Source of the DNA: Eledone cirrhosa
Lineage: Eukaryota
Direction: 5' to 3'
DNA length: 64,000 bases
Assembly: GCA_964016885.1 (NCBI GenBank)
Contig: OZ024759.1
Coordinates: 27,342,001 to 27,406,000 of the forward strand
Within the stretch, counting starts at the first letter, position 1. Each line of letters begins with the position of its first letter. The notes beneath the pieces are model-generated. The model saw only the letters and a program-made list of their open reading frames with translations. It did not search any database and had not been told where the DNA came from. Below are positions 12,721 to 59,905 of this stretch, in pieces. The position numbers and the translations under genes are program-made.

Positions 12721-13370
12721 TACTTTGAGGCAAGCCAACTCACTCGCAGCATTGCCATGGGTGATGGCCAGGTTCTTCTAAGACAGTAGAGGGTGGTTTG
12801 CAGATCTACATATAATGAAAGGCACTCCAGTTATGACCAACCCATATAATTTTAAATTATAATGTATCTAGGCGTATACTATCTTAATTACCCTTCCTTT
12901 TCAACAGTGTAGAGTGTGGCTTCAGTGACATTTCGCTACTATTTCAAGCGGTTCATATAGAGATTTATAGGAGTTGTCTCCCTCGACAATATCCTTATAC
13001 TTGTTCTTTGCGTTTCTTTAAGGAAAAATAAATATAATTGACTCGGTTCTGCATTATTATTTATTTTATTGAGCCTAGAAGAATAATAGAAAGCTTTAAC
13101 CCTAGTGGAATTTTAGTTTAGAATGTAAACGTACGAAACTAAATAGTGCAAATCATTTTGCCCGGTGCGGTACTCCTATTCTTCTAATGTAAACTTTAAT
13201 ATTAACAAAATGGTAGATACTTTTGTTGTTGTTGTTTTATTTTCATCAAGAAAATTTCTATTATTCTTTTAATAACAAATTATATTTAACATTAAAACAA
13301 AATAATTTATCGTTAGAGAACAAAAAAGAAAAGAAACAAAATAATATTTTTTTGAAAATACGAAACTTCT

Positions 13371-13382
13371 CTAACCGGAAGT
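13371..13382 (+). promoter_or_regulatory. ETS-type motif (CTAACCGGAAGT) in putative PSMD8 core promoter
   Basis: CCGGAAGT about 45 nt upstream of the ATG. ETS/GABP sites are typical of housekeeping promoters; function is inferred. Confidence 0.5.
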
Positions 13383-13423
13383 TAGTATTTTCTGCTGTGT
13401 CACAATTAGAAAAGAAATCAACC

Positions 13424-14227
13424 ATGGTGACTCTTAAAGATATTGTGACTATGTATCAAAATTTAAAAAGGGAATGGGACAAAAAACCTCCCAATTTAGA
13501 TAAGTGTGAAGAGCTATTATCTAAATTAAAGATCGCTCTGACGAGTGTGACATTTTTACCGACGGACGAAGCTGAAGGTTCCAAACAAGAGCTTTTAGTG
13601 GCACGAGATATACTGGAAATTGGAGCCCAATGGTGCATCGACAAGAAAGATACTGTAGCATTTCAACGTTACATGGCCCAGTTAAAATGTTACTATATGG
13701 ATTATAAAGATAACCTGCCAGACTCTAATTATAAATACCAATTGCTTGGCTTGAACTTATTATGTTTACTGTCGCAGAATCGTCTGGCCGAATTCCACAC
13801 CGAATTGGAGCTTCTTCCAGTGAAGGACATCCAGAACAATGTCTACATTAAACATCCTGTCACTATTGAACAACACCTGATGGAAGGATGTTACAATAAG
13901 GTTTTCATCAGCAAGGACTCCGTACCGGCCGAAACCTATACTTACTTCATGAATATCCTGCTAGATACCATTCGAGACGAAATAGCAGCTTGTATAGAGA
14001 AGGCCTACGATAAACTGAAGCTTGAAGAAACTGCCAGGATGCTGTTTTTCGACGAACATGTGTCCATCAATGCATATGCTTTAAAGAGAAAGTGGGTGTT
14101 GTCTGAAGACAATTACTTCAACTTCAGCAGCACTAACTCTCAGAAAGACACCGAAGATGTTGTACCAGCGTGGTTACTAGCTGAACAGACCATTAATTAT
14201 GCGAAAGAGTTAGAAATGATAGTTTAA
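13424..14227 (+). CDS. PSMD8: 26S proteasome non-ATPase regulatory subunit 8 (RPN12), single coding exon, 267 aa
   Basis: Uninterrupted ORF starting at ACCATGG (strong Kozak). Contains RPN12 motifs [55 protein letters not shown] and C-terminal YAKELEMIV*. Confidence 0.96.
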   Translation: MVTLKDIVTMYQNLKREWDKKPPNLDKCEELLSKLKIALTSVTFLPTDEAEGSKQELLVARDILEIGAQWCIDKKDTVAFQRYMAQLKCYYMDYKDNLPDSNYKYQLLGLNLLCLLSQNRLAEFHTELELLPVKDIQNNVYIKHPVTIEQHLMEGCYNKVFISKDSVPAETYTYFMNILLDTIRDEIAACIEKAYDKLKLEETARMLFFDEHVSINAYALKRKWVLSEDNYFNFSSTNSQKDTEDVVPAWLLAEQTINYAKELEMIV

Positions 14228-14681
14228 TCTACTTTATATATATATGTATCATGAGTAATCCTTAAGTTTTGACATCAAATCTAAGCAGGTAAAAGTAATA
14301 ATAATAATAAGTGAGTCATTTATTTTATTAGTGTCTGGAGAAAATATAGACACGACTTTTCAGAGGTGGGGGAAAAATACAGACTGAGGATTTGACTGAA
14401 TCACACAGCAATGTAGATTTATGATAACATTAATACAAATTTAAGTTGTTTTTTTTTTGTTGGGGGTAGGGGCCTCTCTCTCTCTAAGAAATATATCTTT
14501 CCTCCAATACTTCTGTTGTCTTTCTTCATTCTACCTCTTCTTTCCAGACTACTACATACAACAAAAACCCAGAATACTTAAATAATTAGACACATTATAT
14601 ATTTAGATCTATACAAATAATTCTATCTCTTTCTATATATACACATTCGTTAAAAATGAAACAGTTTAAGTCCTCATCAAA

Positions 14682-14719
<38 letters not shown>

Positions 14720-17296
14720 TTTGGCTGTTCAATTTCACTACACTTCGTTTAGAATTGATGTAAAACTAAACTTACAGATTACACAAATAATCTCCTTTCT
14801 TCGTTTTACCCTTATAACACCATCATTCTTCATAACAAACAATTTACTCTGTTCAATATAAGACTAACTTCAAGAAATGGATAGAAATATAAAATATATA
14901 AATTCTTTCTCTTTGCAATTTGGTTTTTATTGTTCTTGTGTGTGTGTTGTTTATTCAGGGTGGACCCTAAGTTACGCACCTAAACATAAAAACAATTTAA
15001 TATACATGTACATTGTATTATATTGAAATACACAAAGGTATTATTTTCATGACCATATTTCTAATGAAATACACTCTTATTTCAATTTATGAGGGATTTA
15101 CTAAAATTATTAATTATTCCAATACTACAATAGCAACTTAATGTAAGGTTCTTATATAAAATTACGTTGTAAGATTTTAATTTAAAATGGAAACCTTTAA
15201 AATACATGGTTTTTATTTCATAGAACCAGAGCTGGCTTTGGCCGGGTTGGTAATTAAAGAGTTATGGTACTGATTGAGTCCAATGATTGACATTTTGCGC
15301 GACTTAATGCCCCCACCCTGTATATTGTTCTTTATAAAGTTTCTGGCAAAATTTTATTGTAATTAGTATAAAGCAAGTAGAGTTTATATGAAGTATTATT
15401 GGACTTACAATTGTCATAATGTCGTGGGTTTCAATTCCTGGACTGGGTGGTGTTATTGAGAAAAACACTTTACTTTGCTTCAGTATATTCAGCTTTAAAA
15501 AAATGTGTACCAACAATAACTGGGGGTTCAACCCTGCAATCGTCTGACGTCCTGTCATTTGAGGGAGTCTTGTACTCTCAGTCACTTCACACCAGGGGAA
15601 CTGGCATGTTAATTTAGATTGTGGGATATATGATAAAAGTTAGTGTTCGGAAAAGGTGTCTCTGTTTAATCTTCAACCAATTATGGCATAGTCCCTTAAC
15701 TCTTGAAGAAGTTGTAGGGGTACCGTATTGGCATACGCTGTTTCTAGGGTATTTTTTTTTTTTAACACCTGGCAGAGCCCATCTCCAAGCCTGAATACAG
15801 CAAATTTCTTCCAGAGAAAGAGAGAGGATGGAACTGAGAAAAAGGAAAAATCGACCCCAGTACTAAACTGGTACTTTTTTTATTGACCTCGAGTGGATGA
15901 AAAGCAAAAAAAAAAAAAAACTGATTCAACAACAAATTATATTTAAAAATAGATTTTATTAAAATAGTGGTTCAAACCAATTTTACAGAAAGAATTGCTT
16001 ACTGTCAAATAGGTTAAAAACAAAAGAAAGGAAAAATTCCTGAATTTTATAATTGTCATTTTTGAGAGCATTTTTGTGTGAGGAGGTTGGGAGGGATTTG
16101 GTCAAACAGAAAATGTTGACCAATTTAATGTTCAATTTTTATTCTCTAACAGTGCAGCTGCTATGCATAGAAATAAAAGTATCAAAATTTCTATGCTAAA
16201 AAAATAAGATTTCAGATTTTAGCCGTATGCATAGCCATCTCGACAGTTATGAATATTTTGGAGATTTAGGTGCAAAATATGTTAAATGAGTGGATGAATA
16301 TATATGTATATGAGACTGAAAAGTTTCCATTGATGGCCAAATGAGGGTTTATTTTTCAACGAAGAAGAGTTGAAATTAATGCATGCAGGATTTCACAGCC
16401 CTAGCATCACCCCTTCATAATCAGCCGATGGACTTTTCAGCTTACCCTCATGTGTATATATATCTATGTGTGTGAGTGTGTTATCATTGTTTGCTGAAAA
16501 AGAAATCGGTTTGGAGTTGTGCCCATATCTTGTTGAAAGATAGGTAATAAAAGCTGACCTTGCACAATTACACCTTTCAAAGGCATTAACTCAGGACCAC
16601 GACCTCTGGCGCTAAGCAGTTTTACGGAAGACCCGCTCTCTATTGTTCTTGGGATGAGGCTTAAACCTAGTAGGCAACATCTATCCCCTCCAGTGGTAAC
16701 CATACCTCCCCCAAGCCCCTCCACCCTCCGTAGTCCCAAGACAAAAGTACCCAGTCCACACGTACGTGATCGTGTAGGTGTCACAACAAAAAGCACCCAG
16801 CACACTGTAAATGTGGTTGGTGTTAGGAAGGGCATCCAGCCGTAGAAAACCACCCCACGCTGTAAAGAGGACATATAAAAACACGGCCAAAAGTACCCAA
16901 CTCGCACTGTAAATGTGGTTGACGTTAGGAAAGGCATCCAGCCAGAAACTCCAATATGAGCAAGACATGGTCACCCGACCCAACTTGCCTCTAAATGGGA
17001 CAAACCCGTCTAACCCTTGCTAGCGTGGAAGATAGCCGTTCATTGACAATGATGATGATGATATATACTTATAGAGTAAAATAACAGGAGGCTGGACATT
17101 GTGCAATGACTAATTCTACCCAATGCTGAACTGCCAAACTTAAATATACAAATATATACTCTTTTACCTGTTCCAGCCATGCTGGGGCACCACCCTTGGA
17201 TATATATATATATAAGTTATCGATACATATCAAATGTAACGATCGTGTTTCTCAATAAAAAAGCTCCTTTCTTCTTTATATATCTTATACACACAC

Positions 17297-17336
<40 letters not shown>

Positions 17337-18204
17337 AGCAAAGAATATACATACACAAACACACATGTTAGTCTCTGACAACTAAATTCCATTCACAGAT
17401 AGCTGGTTTACCTGAGACTATCAAAGATACTTGCTGAAGCTGCCATGCAACTAGAAATGAACCCAGAACTATGGTTATGAAACAAATTCCTTTACCACAC
17501 AGCACAATGAAGCCAGTGGTGCATCTGGTTTTATTTTAGACCATCACTTGTTTGATCTGTTAAAAAAAAAACTGGAAATTCTTTAAACAATTCAGAACGA
17601 CGACATATTCCTCACACTTTAAGGTATGATAAACCGAACCATTTGTACAAAACATTAATGATGATAGTGGGGAAATTATAGTATTTAAATGACTGTGTTT
17701 CTGAACAATGTAGAGTCCCAAAACTACTGAGAGAATCGTAGGGGTGCTTTATTATTTGTACAAATATTAATGATGGGGAAGGGAGGGGGGTAGTATTAAA
17801 ATGAGTGGGTTTCTGGAGGAGAGGGGTGGAATGTTTCGTGTGATTTATTTTACGCATTATCATTTTTTTACATGTAACACAGACATCTCAATATGTTACA
17901 TGAATCACAGGTACCTCTGTATGTTACTTGTATCACAGGTACCTCTGTATGTTACTTGTATCACAGGTACCTCAGTATGTTACAGGTATACAGACACCTC
18001 AGTCTTTACATGTATCATATAAACTTCTATTAAAATTCATCTCTTCTACTTTTTCCTTTCTCTTTCATTCAACACAAATAATGAAAATGAAAATATAAAT
18101 TTTATAGAAAATGATAATATTTTCAAAGATAAGCAAAAAATATTTTTAAAAAACAGAGAGAAAAAAAGCATCAGTAGCTAAATATTAAGGCTTTGCAAAG
18201 AGAA

Positions 18205-18620
18205 ATTGGTAGAGTGGTTAATATAATGTAGTGGTAGAGTGGTTGACATAATGTAGTGTAGAGTGGTTGACATAAAGTAGTGGTAGAGTGGTTGACATTA
18301 TGTAGTGTAGAGTGGTTAATATAATGTAGTGTAGAGTGGTTGACAATGTAGTGTAGAGTGGCTGACATAATGTAGTGGTAGAGTGGTTGACATAATGTAG
18401 TGGTAGAGTGGTTAATATAATGTAGTGTAGAGTGATTGACATAATGTAGTGGTAGAGTGGTTGACATAATGTAGTGGTAGAGTGGTTGACATAATGTAGT
18501 GTAGAGTGATTGACATAATGTAGTGGTAGAGTGGTTGACATAAAGTAGTGGTAGAGTGGTTGACATAATGTAGTGGTAGAGTGGTTGACATAATGTAGTG
18601 TAGAGTGGTTGACATAATGT
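18205..18620. repeat. 22/25-bp minisatellite (TAGTG(G)TAGAGTGGTTGACATAATG)
   Basis: Direct tandem copies visible. Confidence 0.92.
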
Positions 18621-20467
18621 TCTGCAGAACCCTAAAACTTCTCAATTGAAACTATGCTGAGTTTCACTTGATTTGCTCACAATAGAGAGAGAGATGGCAG
18701 GCAGTGACAGTGGGAGTTTGGTTCTTTTGTGTTCAGACCTGGTGTATATATGTGAATATAAGTTAGGATAAATAGTTTTCAAGACCAATACATGATCCAC
18801 CAACTTCTGGACAAAGGTGGCTTTCAAATTGTTTATGGTGGATTTCGTAGAAGAGATAAGCGACTGTTTGCCAGTTTCCAGATCTCATTCACTGAGCAAG
18901 TGGAGTGGAACTCGTCAAATCAGACCAAAGAAACCATGTTTCCATTGAGCTTTTCATCGCTGAATACCCACCCTGTCCATGTGTGTATAATGCCTCCTTC
19001 TACAGCTGGATTGTTTGTTTGTTTGCTATTACAGTGAAGTGGTGTTGTGGTATGTTTATCACGTCAATACATTTGTCTCAACAAATACATTTAACTCAGA
19101 TCCACTCTAAAACATTTCAGATGTAAATTTTTGTTTTTTTCAAATGAAACTAATTTAGAATGATTAAAAACTTAAATTATAATGAACAATTTATAGTAAT
19201 TGAAATGAAAGAAATAATTATACAAAATTTATATAACTAATAAATTTCAAATTGAATGGTAATTTAAAAAGGAAAAATTTGTTTTAAATAATATTTTAAA
19301 TGAAAATGATATTGTAAAGGTAAAAATGTGATCAATCAGATATTCAACCATACACTTTGTTTATATTTTATATCACTTTTTAATTGATATAGCTTTCAAT
19401 ATAGTCTTACATGTAGGGTCTTTGGAGTAATGTTACTCAATAAAGTGTGTAGCTCGGAGATCAGAGAGTCATTCCAGGTAGAGCCGCTACTTCTCCAAAT
19501 TGAGAGACCACAGCTCTAATGTTATGGGTATGTGGTTAGAATGTCTCAGGAAAGAATTGTTGGACAGATTTTACAGGCAAAACCAACTGGCAAGAGACCC
19601 AGGGGTAGACTAAGAGCAAGATGGTTGGATAACATCCACGAGCTTGGCTGGTCACACTTAGGGATCCAGCCGGATCATTTGGAGACGGTTGCTTCTGACA
19701 GGACTTGCTTGAAAGGAGTGTTTGAGGACTCTGCCCCCACGAACCTCTCAGGAATAAGTGGGAGAATAAGAAGAAGAAAAAGAAAATGCACTTATATCTT
19801 ATATCTTTACCCATCACCCTTAGGTTAGACAGCAAACACAACTTCACGCCAAGTCTTTGTTTCCTAATGGAGGTTTGTAGGTCTTCCTTGTCAATTCCGT
19901 GTCTCTTGCTATGGTATCCTGAGCTTTCTAGTAGAGATCTCCAACAAGAGGTCTGAAACCATCTCCTATTTTACACAGAAGCAGTGACCAACAAACCTTG
20001 TATGACGTTCAGTCAGTCGTGCACATACTTTTGGGGATTTTTCCCCATATCTGATTAAGCATGAGATGAGACTGCCAAGGAATATTTTGAGCCTTTCTAA
20101 GGAGGGTAATTTAACCGCCATCTAAACAGCTCTGTAGACACACAAACCAACTAAAAGTGTATCCATGTAAACTAGAAGGCAGTTTAGGAATGTAACCATT
20201 CATAACATTATGTGTGGTGTGGTGTGGGTGTTCGTATATATACAACAACAAAGTTTTGGATAAAAAGCCCAATCTGATAACATCCCCCCACTCTGCTCTC
20301 AATCTACTCCTCTCCCATTACAAATAAAAAAAAATATTCGGAAAGAAATATTAAAACATAAAGGAAGAATATTTCGATACAAAGATTCCTTCCCTTTCTT
20401 AATGATTCTATATACATACCATCGTTACCATCATTTTACATCTATTTTCCATGTTTGCATGGGTTAA

Positions 20468-20662
20468 CCCTTTAGCATTTAAACTGGCTGTATCCAGTCA
20501 GAATTCTCTCACCTCTTTCTGTTCAAACTGGCCATAACCGGCCACTCGTACTGGTGTTAAGGTATTGTTCTCAAAATAAATAATATCAAAATCTCATAGA
20601 TACGGTATTATGTAAGATAGAAAATATGATGTTGAATATAAACTAATTTAAATGCTAAAGGG
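20468..20662. mobile_element. piggyBac-type MITE (TTAA TSD)
   Basis: TTAA|CCCTTTAGCATTTA ... TAAATGCTAAAGGG|TTAA; further copies at 48744-48943, 58068-58290, 58295-58502 and about 40025-40801. Confidence 0.85.
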
Positions 20663-20921
20663 TTAAATGGGTTGTCATGTTGTTCCGAGGCTAGACAAGT
20701 TAGATGACCAGATCTCGCTCATACGGTGCATTTTATTGTCACAGGTAGGGCCAGATTTATTAGGGAGTTGATGCCCTGGGCACCCCTTGTCAAATAGGGA
20801 TCCCTTAAAGACCAGCCATGTCTATATTTCTATATTAAATATTTATACTCTACTATGTATAGAGTACCTTACTTACTGTGGTTACCCCCAATTGAACCCA
20901 GGATAAACACATATCTATCTA

Positions 20922-20956
<35 letters not shown>

Positions 20957-21772
20957 TCATACCTGTGCTGTGAATACACAGCTTAAATAGTAATTTCTTT
21001 TGTTGCTGATGTCATCTTTCTTCTAAAGATATTTCTGTTTTGATAAACCAGATAAAATTTATCTACCACTTTACAGGGTGGACTGGGTGCTTTTTATCTT
21101 GGCACCAACACTACCGCATGACAGGGTGTACTGTGTGCATTTTATCATGGCACCAACACTGCCACAACCACATGACAGAGTTGACGGTACATTTTATCAT
21201 GACACCATCACATGACAGGGTGGACTGGGTGCATTTTATCATGGCACCAGCACTACTGTTTGACCTGATCAATTCTGGGTCTCCTTCATTGGATATAATT
21301 GAAGGAGAAGTGTGCAGTGACAGGGATTTGTGCCAGTTGGTTTCACCTGAGAGGACTCTTTAGTGGTGTCTAAGACATGACATCATCCCTAGTTCCAGTA
21401 CCACAATAAAATACTCAGTAGAAGACAGGGACATATATGGGAGATGCAGGCCCCTAGTTTGTCTGAACACTTGGTAGACTGTGAGAGCATATAAAAGTAA
21501 AGCTGTGAGCTCCAGCCTGTTGGAGAAGTCAGTAGTTCAACTTGAATACTAGCTTAGTCCTGTGACAACCGATCCAACCCATGCTAGCAGTGAAGACAGA
21601 GGTTAGATGATGATGATGATGATAATATTATATATACATATATCATGTGTATCATATAAACTATATATTACGTATTTATATTTTGAGATATGAGATCACA
21701 GAATTTTTATAAGTTAAATATGTCTACGCAAATGTGTGTGTGAGTGAAATATGTCAGTATGTATGTGTACAT

Positions 21773-54515
<32,743 letters not shown>

Positions 54516-54642
54516 TGTCTAAAAATCATTTAGTCATATATATGTACATGGGTATTTTTATGTATGTGTATTATTTCTACATACATACATACACAAGAGA
54601 GATGCGTGTCTTTGAAAGAGAGAAACAGGCTTTGTATATAAG

Positions 54643-54690
<48 letters not shown>

Positions 54691-55019
54691 CTATATAAGC
54701 TGTGTAGAGTTTATGATTAGGGATCAACAAAATATAGATCTTGAATGGTGTTGGTAAAATATGGGATATTTATATTAAAAAACGTTAAAAAGATGAAGTT
54801 TAAAGTAGTTTTGTGAATGCTAATTATTGGTTAAATTATAAATATTCGTTTGTTTAGTGAAACTATAAAAGTTTAAACTACGTGTATATATAATATATAT
54901 AACATAAATAATATATATATAAATAAATACTATATATGTATGGGTGTATAAATATTGCCAGTGTCGAGTTTGTTGAATAATTCCACATGTCCAAAAATAT
55001 TGAGATTTTGTGTTATCAT

Positions 55020-55034
55020 ACGGAAGCGGAAGTT
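55020..55034. promoter_or_regulatory. Tandem ETS-like motif (CGGAAGCGGAAGT), candidate IRE1 promoter
   Basis: Locally CpG-containing patch about 500 nt upstream of the IRE1 start codon; function inferred. Confidence 0.4.
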
Positions 55035-57644
55035 AACCAAATAAGCGTCAGAAGAAAATCGATTGTTGAGATCTAATGGGAGGAAAATAAACTCGGTTTT
55101 TGTGTCTGTATGTGTGTATTTAAATATATATATAAATAGGAATCGATAAGGATAAATATACATCAAATATATAAGAACCCTAGAGCAAATATTTATTAAA
55201 ATAACAGATTAAAGTTTAAGCAAAAAATCGCTGCTTTCACCCTCAACAGCTCCCGTTAAGGGTGAAAGCAGCTATTCTTTGCTTAAACTTTAACCTGTTA
55301 TTTTAATATATATATATATATATACGCACAAAGGAAAATAGTCAAGACCCCGACGGCTGAGCTCCGGCCGTTTCAACAGCTAGATCCGAACAGTTCGGAT
55401 CCGGAGCTCAGCCGTCGGTGTCATGACTCTTTTCCTATTACCCACTCTACTACCATACGTATCGAGTACTCTGGTGCGTTATGATCCACCTGGTATTATA
55501 TATATATATGTTTCTTAATTATTTTATTTTATATTTTTTAATATTAATGTACAATTTATTTCGACATTTCTCCAGAGTTGTTCAGTAAAAGTTACTATTG
55601 CCGTACTTTCTGCACCTGATTTCATAAGATGGGAAAATTCCACAAATTTATATACAAGCGAAAAGTTATTAATAAAAGTAATTGAAAAATTGAAGAAAAC
55701 TAATGCCAGCTTGTTACAGCTCCCCTATAGCTTATTATTGGTGGATTGGCAGTATCGGACGCCATGCTTTGACACATAGAGTTACGGCCCTTTCCATTCT
55801 GAGTTCAAATCCCGCCGATGTCAACTTTGCCTTTCATCCTTACGGGGTCTATAAAAGAAAGTACCAGTAATACACTGGGTAATTGCTGGCCTTGTGCCAA
55901 AAGTAGAAAAAATTATTATTGAGTGGGCCTATTCTGACCATGCACCTATTGGCTGGTTAATTCGAGGAGAGAGGTGCTCTTCCCAGGTGCCCTAGAAGCG
56001 CAGGGTGGTTCAGGATTGGTGGAGTACCTGAGTCACCCCAGGGTTGTTCACCCCGCTATTGGGGAATTTATTTTGTTATATTTATGCATAGTTTATTTTA
56101 TATTTTCATTGTTAAATTAGTCTTGCCATTGTACACTTTAACTCGAGCTTATTGTAAATCCCCCCACTGTCCGTGTCTTTGTATAGTCCCCTACATGTCG
56201 GCTCTTGTGGCCAATAAATGAAATCATTGGATTGGCAGTATCGGTAGAGGGTCGGACACCATGCTTTGATGCATAGAGCTACGCCCCTTTACTCTGAGTT
56301 CAAATCCCACCGAGTTTAGCTTTGTCTTTCATCCTTATGGGGTCGATAAAATAAAGTACCAGTAATTCACTGGGTAGATTTAATTGACTTTCCCCTCCCC
56401 CAAATTGCCTTGTGCCTAAACCAGAAACAATTATTATTATTATGCTGGATCACCACTGACCATCTTGTCAACACTCAGATATAGCTAGGGAGGAAGATAC
56501 CAATTTACCATTTCCCTGTCAAAGTTAGCCTAACACTAGCATTTACATTATATAAACTATTGTATTTTTATGATAAAGGCTTTACCTCGCATGAATATCT
56601 CACATAATATTGAACTTATAAGATTTTTATATTATTTATTTGGAGAACAATACCTTAATATCAGTATTAGCAGCCGGTTACAGCTGGTTTGAAGAGAAAG
56701 AAGTGAGAGAATTCTGGCTGGGTACAGCTGGTTTAACCCTTTACCATTTACATTACACTATATATATATTACTATAATATCATGATAAAGGCTTTACCTT
56801 ACATAATTATCTCATAACATCGAACCTTTTGATATTATTTATTTTGAGAACACTACCTTAACATAAGTATGAGCAGCTGGACGGCCGGTTTAACTCTTTA
56901 GCATTTACATTACACTACATATACTATTGTATTTTCACAGTAAAGGCTTTATCTCACATAAAATCAAACCTAGAAGATTTTGATATTATTTATTTTGAGA
57001 ACAATACCTTAACATAAGTATGAGCAGCTGGACGGCCGGTTTGACTCTTTAGCATTTACATTACACTACATATACTATTGTATTTTCACGGTAAAGGCTT
57101 TATCTCACATAAAATCAAATCTACAAGATTGAGTATGAGCAGCCGGTTACGACCGGTTTGAATAGAAAGAGATGAGAGAAGTATGGCTGGATACGGCTGG
57201 TTTGAATGCTAAAGGAGTTGTCACATGACCTTTGTTCGTTATAAAGACATCTAAATTTATGTATCTTTAAATACACATGTAATAAGGGAGCTAAGCCAGT
57301 TTGGTCCATGCTTCGAATTATCTATATTCATAGATAGATAGATACTGATCCAAATCAATATCCCTGGCCTCAATCACATCCCGAGTGAGATGGAACTCTC
57401 TAGATCGGACCAAGGAGACAATGCTTCCCTTTCCAATTAGAGATACAACCTACCTTGTTGCAAATCCTGGCATAGGGTTATATAAAATGCACTTGGTGCA
57501 ATCTGTTGAGTGTGATTTGTATGTAAAATGTAAGCAGGGAGTGCCCCTGGGGATCTGGCCCATAAGTAGTAGCTTCGATTAAGTACTGACTTTTGTTGGT
57601 GGTGATCTCTTGAACCCTTGTTAGGAGAAAAGAAATACATGTTA

Positions 57645-57645
57645 A

Positions 57646-57681
<36 letters not shown>

Positions 57682-57915
57682 GTGATGGTGATTGTGGTGG
57701 TGGTGACGGCTGTAGAGATGGTGGTGGTGAGGGTTGTGATGGTGATGGGAGAAGAGATAATGGTGGTGGTAATGATGGTAGTGATGGTGTTGGTGGTAGT
57801 GATGATGGTGGTGGTGGTAATGGTAGTGATTGTAGTAATGATGATGGTGGTGCCGATGGTAGTGATTGTAATAGTGGAAATGAAGATGGTAGAGGTGTTA
57901 AATGATGATGATGGA
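57645..57915. repeat. (GAT)n/(GGT)n trinucleotide low-complexity tract
   Basis: Visible. Confidence 0.9.
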
Positions 57916-58067
57916 GAAAGCTGAAAGATATGATTATTGCAACAGTTTCATTGTATTTTTTTTTCTTTTGTTATGACATTCTACTTACTGCTGCTGTAGT
58001 TTGTTTTATTAACATTTATTATTTAAAGTCAGTCAGTAAAAATGTGAGAACAAATATTGAATATTAA

Positions 58068-58502
58068 CCCTTCAGCATTTACATGACTATATATATATAC
58101 TATTGTATTTTTGTGGTAAAGGTTTTATATTACATAATTATCTCACATAATATCAAATCTAGGAGAATTTGATGTTATTTATTTTGAGAACAATACCTTA
58201 ACATCAGTATGAGCAGCTGGTTACAGCTGGTTTGAACAGAAAGTGCCGAGAGAATTCTGACTGGATATGGCCGCTTTAAATGTTAAAGGGTTAACCCTTT
58301 AGCATTTTCATTACTCTATATTTACTATTGTATTTTCATAGTGAAGGCTTTACCTCACATAATATCGAATCTATGGGATTTTGATATAATCTATTTTGAG
58401 AACAATACCTTAACATCAGTATGAGTCACCAGTTACAGCCGGTTTGAACAGAAATAGGTGAGAAAATTCTGGCCAGATATGGCCAGTTTAAATGCTAAAG
58501 GG
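58068..58502. mobile_element. Two piggyBac-type MITEs in tandem sharing a TTAA
   Basis: TTAA at 58064-67, 58291-94 and 58503-06 with CCC/GGG termini. Confidence 0.85.
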
Positions 58503-59479
58503 TTAAATATTAAATAGAATTAATGTTCGTGAGTTTTATTATTGAATAATAATATCATTAATATTCGATTTGTTTGCAAGCAAACAGCCTCATAATGCTA
58601 TCGGTTTTAGACAACTATCATCACCCTTTTGTCCTAGGATTATTGGCCCTTGTCAAGATTGTGTATCTCCTTTTCTGCTACACACTAGAATATGGTATTC
58701 TCTAAAGTATACATCTGCTGATTAGCCTAATTTGCATTCAAGTGATTTTACGGCTGGCTTTGCCAGAGGTAATAACCCGAAACAATTGTCGATTGTTTCT
58801 CTCTGCTAACGCCAGGACAAAAGGATGACAATCATCATATAAAACATAGTGTTATGAGGCTGTTTTCTTGAAAACAAATCAAATATTAATATTATTATTA
58901 TATTAACAAGTGTCTGTTTTGAAGATAGTGAGCGAAGTTTGAAATTTAGTAGAAATAGAAGCTTTTGTCATATTTTGACTAAGGAAATTTAGCCTGATAG
59001 TGGGGTTTAAAACCCTCTTAAAAATGGAAAAGGATGAGTATTGATGCACATGTGCATCAATACTCATCCTTTCCATTTAGAGGGTTTTAAACCCCACTAT
59101 CAGGCTAAATTTCCTTAGTCAAAATATGGCAAAAGCTTCTATTTCTACTAAATTATATTATTATTATTCGATATAAAATTCACGAATGCATTTACGTATC
59201 CGCTATGTTAGAGCGAAAACAAATTTTGTTTTTAGAATTAATATTGTATATTTTAGTATTATATTCCTCTTTAATATCAGATATCACAAAAGAACAATTT
59301 GCATCTGTTGAAACAACTCTTAGCAGACAGAGGCATAACTATGGTATGGCAAACATGGCACGTGCCATGGGTACCACTTGAAAGGTGGGGAGGGAGGTTA
59401 CCTGGACTAGGAGCACTTTCTATTAAAGTCAGATAAGTTATATCATCAGAGAGTAGGGTGAAAAACCTTATTACTGAGA

Positions 59480-59905
59480 TTTTAACCGATGAAACTGGAC
59501 CTAGTAAACTGGAAAGTGACGAAAGGTCCCTAACTGTCACACCAGAAGTGACTTAACAGCAGGACATTGGACCTAGTACACTGGATGGGGACACAGACAC
59601 CGTGTCACATCAGAAGTGACTTAACAGCAGGACATTGGACCTAGTAAATTGTAAGGTGACATAGAGTCCCTGTCACACCAGAACTGATTTAACAGCAGGA
59701 CATTGGACCTAGTACACTGGGTGGGGACACAGAGTCCCTGTCATACCAGGACATTGGACTTAGTAAACTGGAAGGTGACATGACATAGAGTCCCTAACTG
59801 TCACACCAGAAGTGACTCAACACCAGGACATTGGACCTAGTAAACTGGATGGTGACATAGAGACCCTGTGACACCAGAACTGACTTAACAGCAGGACATT
59901 GGACT
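59480..59905. repeat. Approximately 65-bp degenerate minisatellite inside a TIR-bounded element (about 59331-60010)
   Basis: Repeated CAGGACATTGGACCTAGTAAACTGG...GTCACACCAGAAGTGACTTAACAG; flanked by AGAGGCATAACTA / TAGTTAGGCCTCT. Confidence 0.75.

Noticed and set aside
13223-13423. N-terminal extension of the PSMD8 ORF in the ORF track
   Set aside because: Starts at a non-ATG codon in AT-rich sequence; homology and the Kozak ATG begin at 13424
17550-17700. AG|KHSH... frame considered as the IRE1 last exon (also YPNLYSHIY at about 18750)
   Set aside because: The true terminal exon with clear homology is at 21773-21943
57618-57924. Asp/Gly-rich and Met/Val-rich ORFs
   Set aside because: Trinucleotide low-complexity tract
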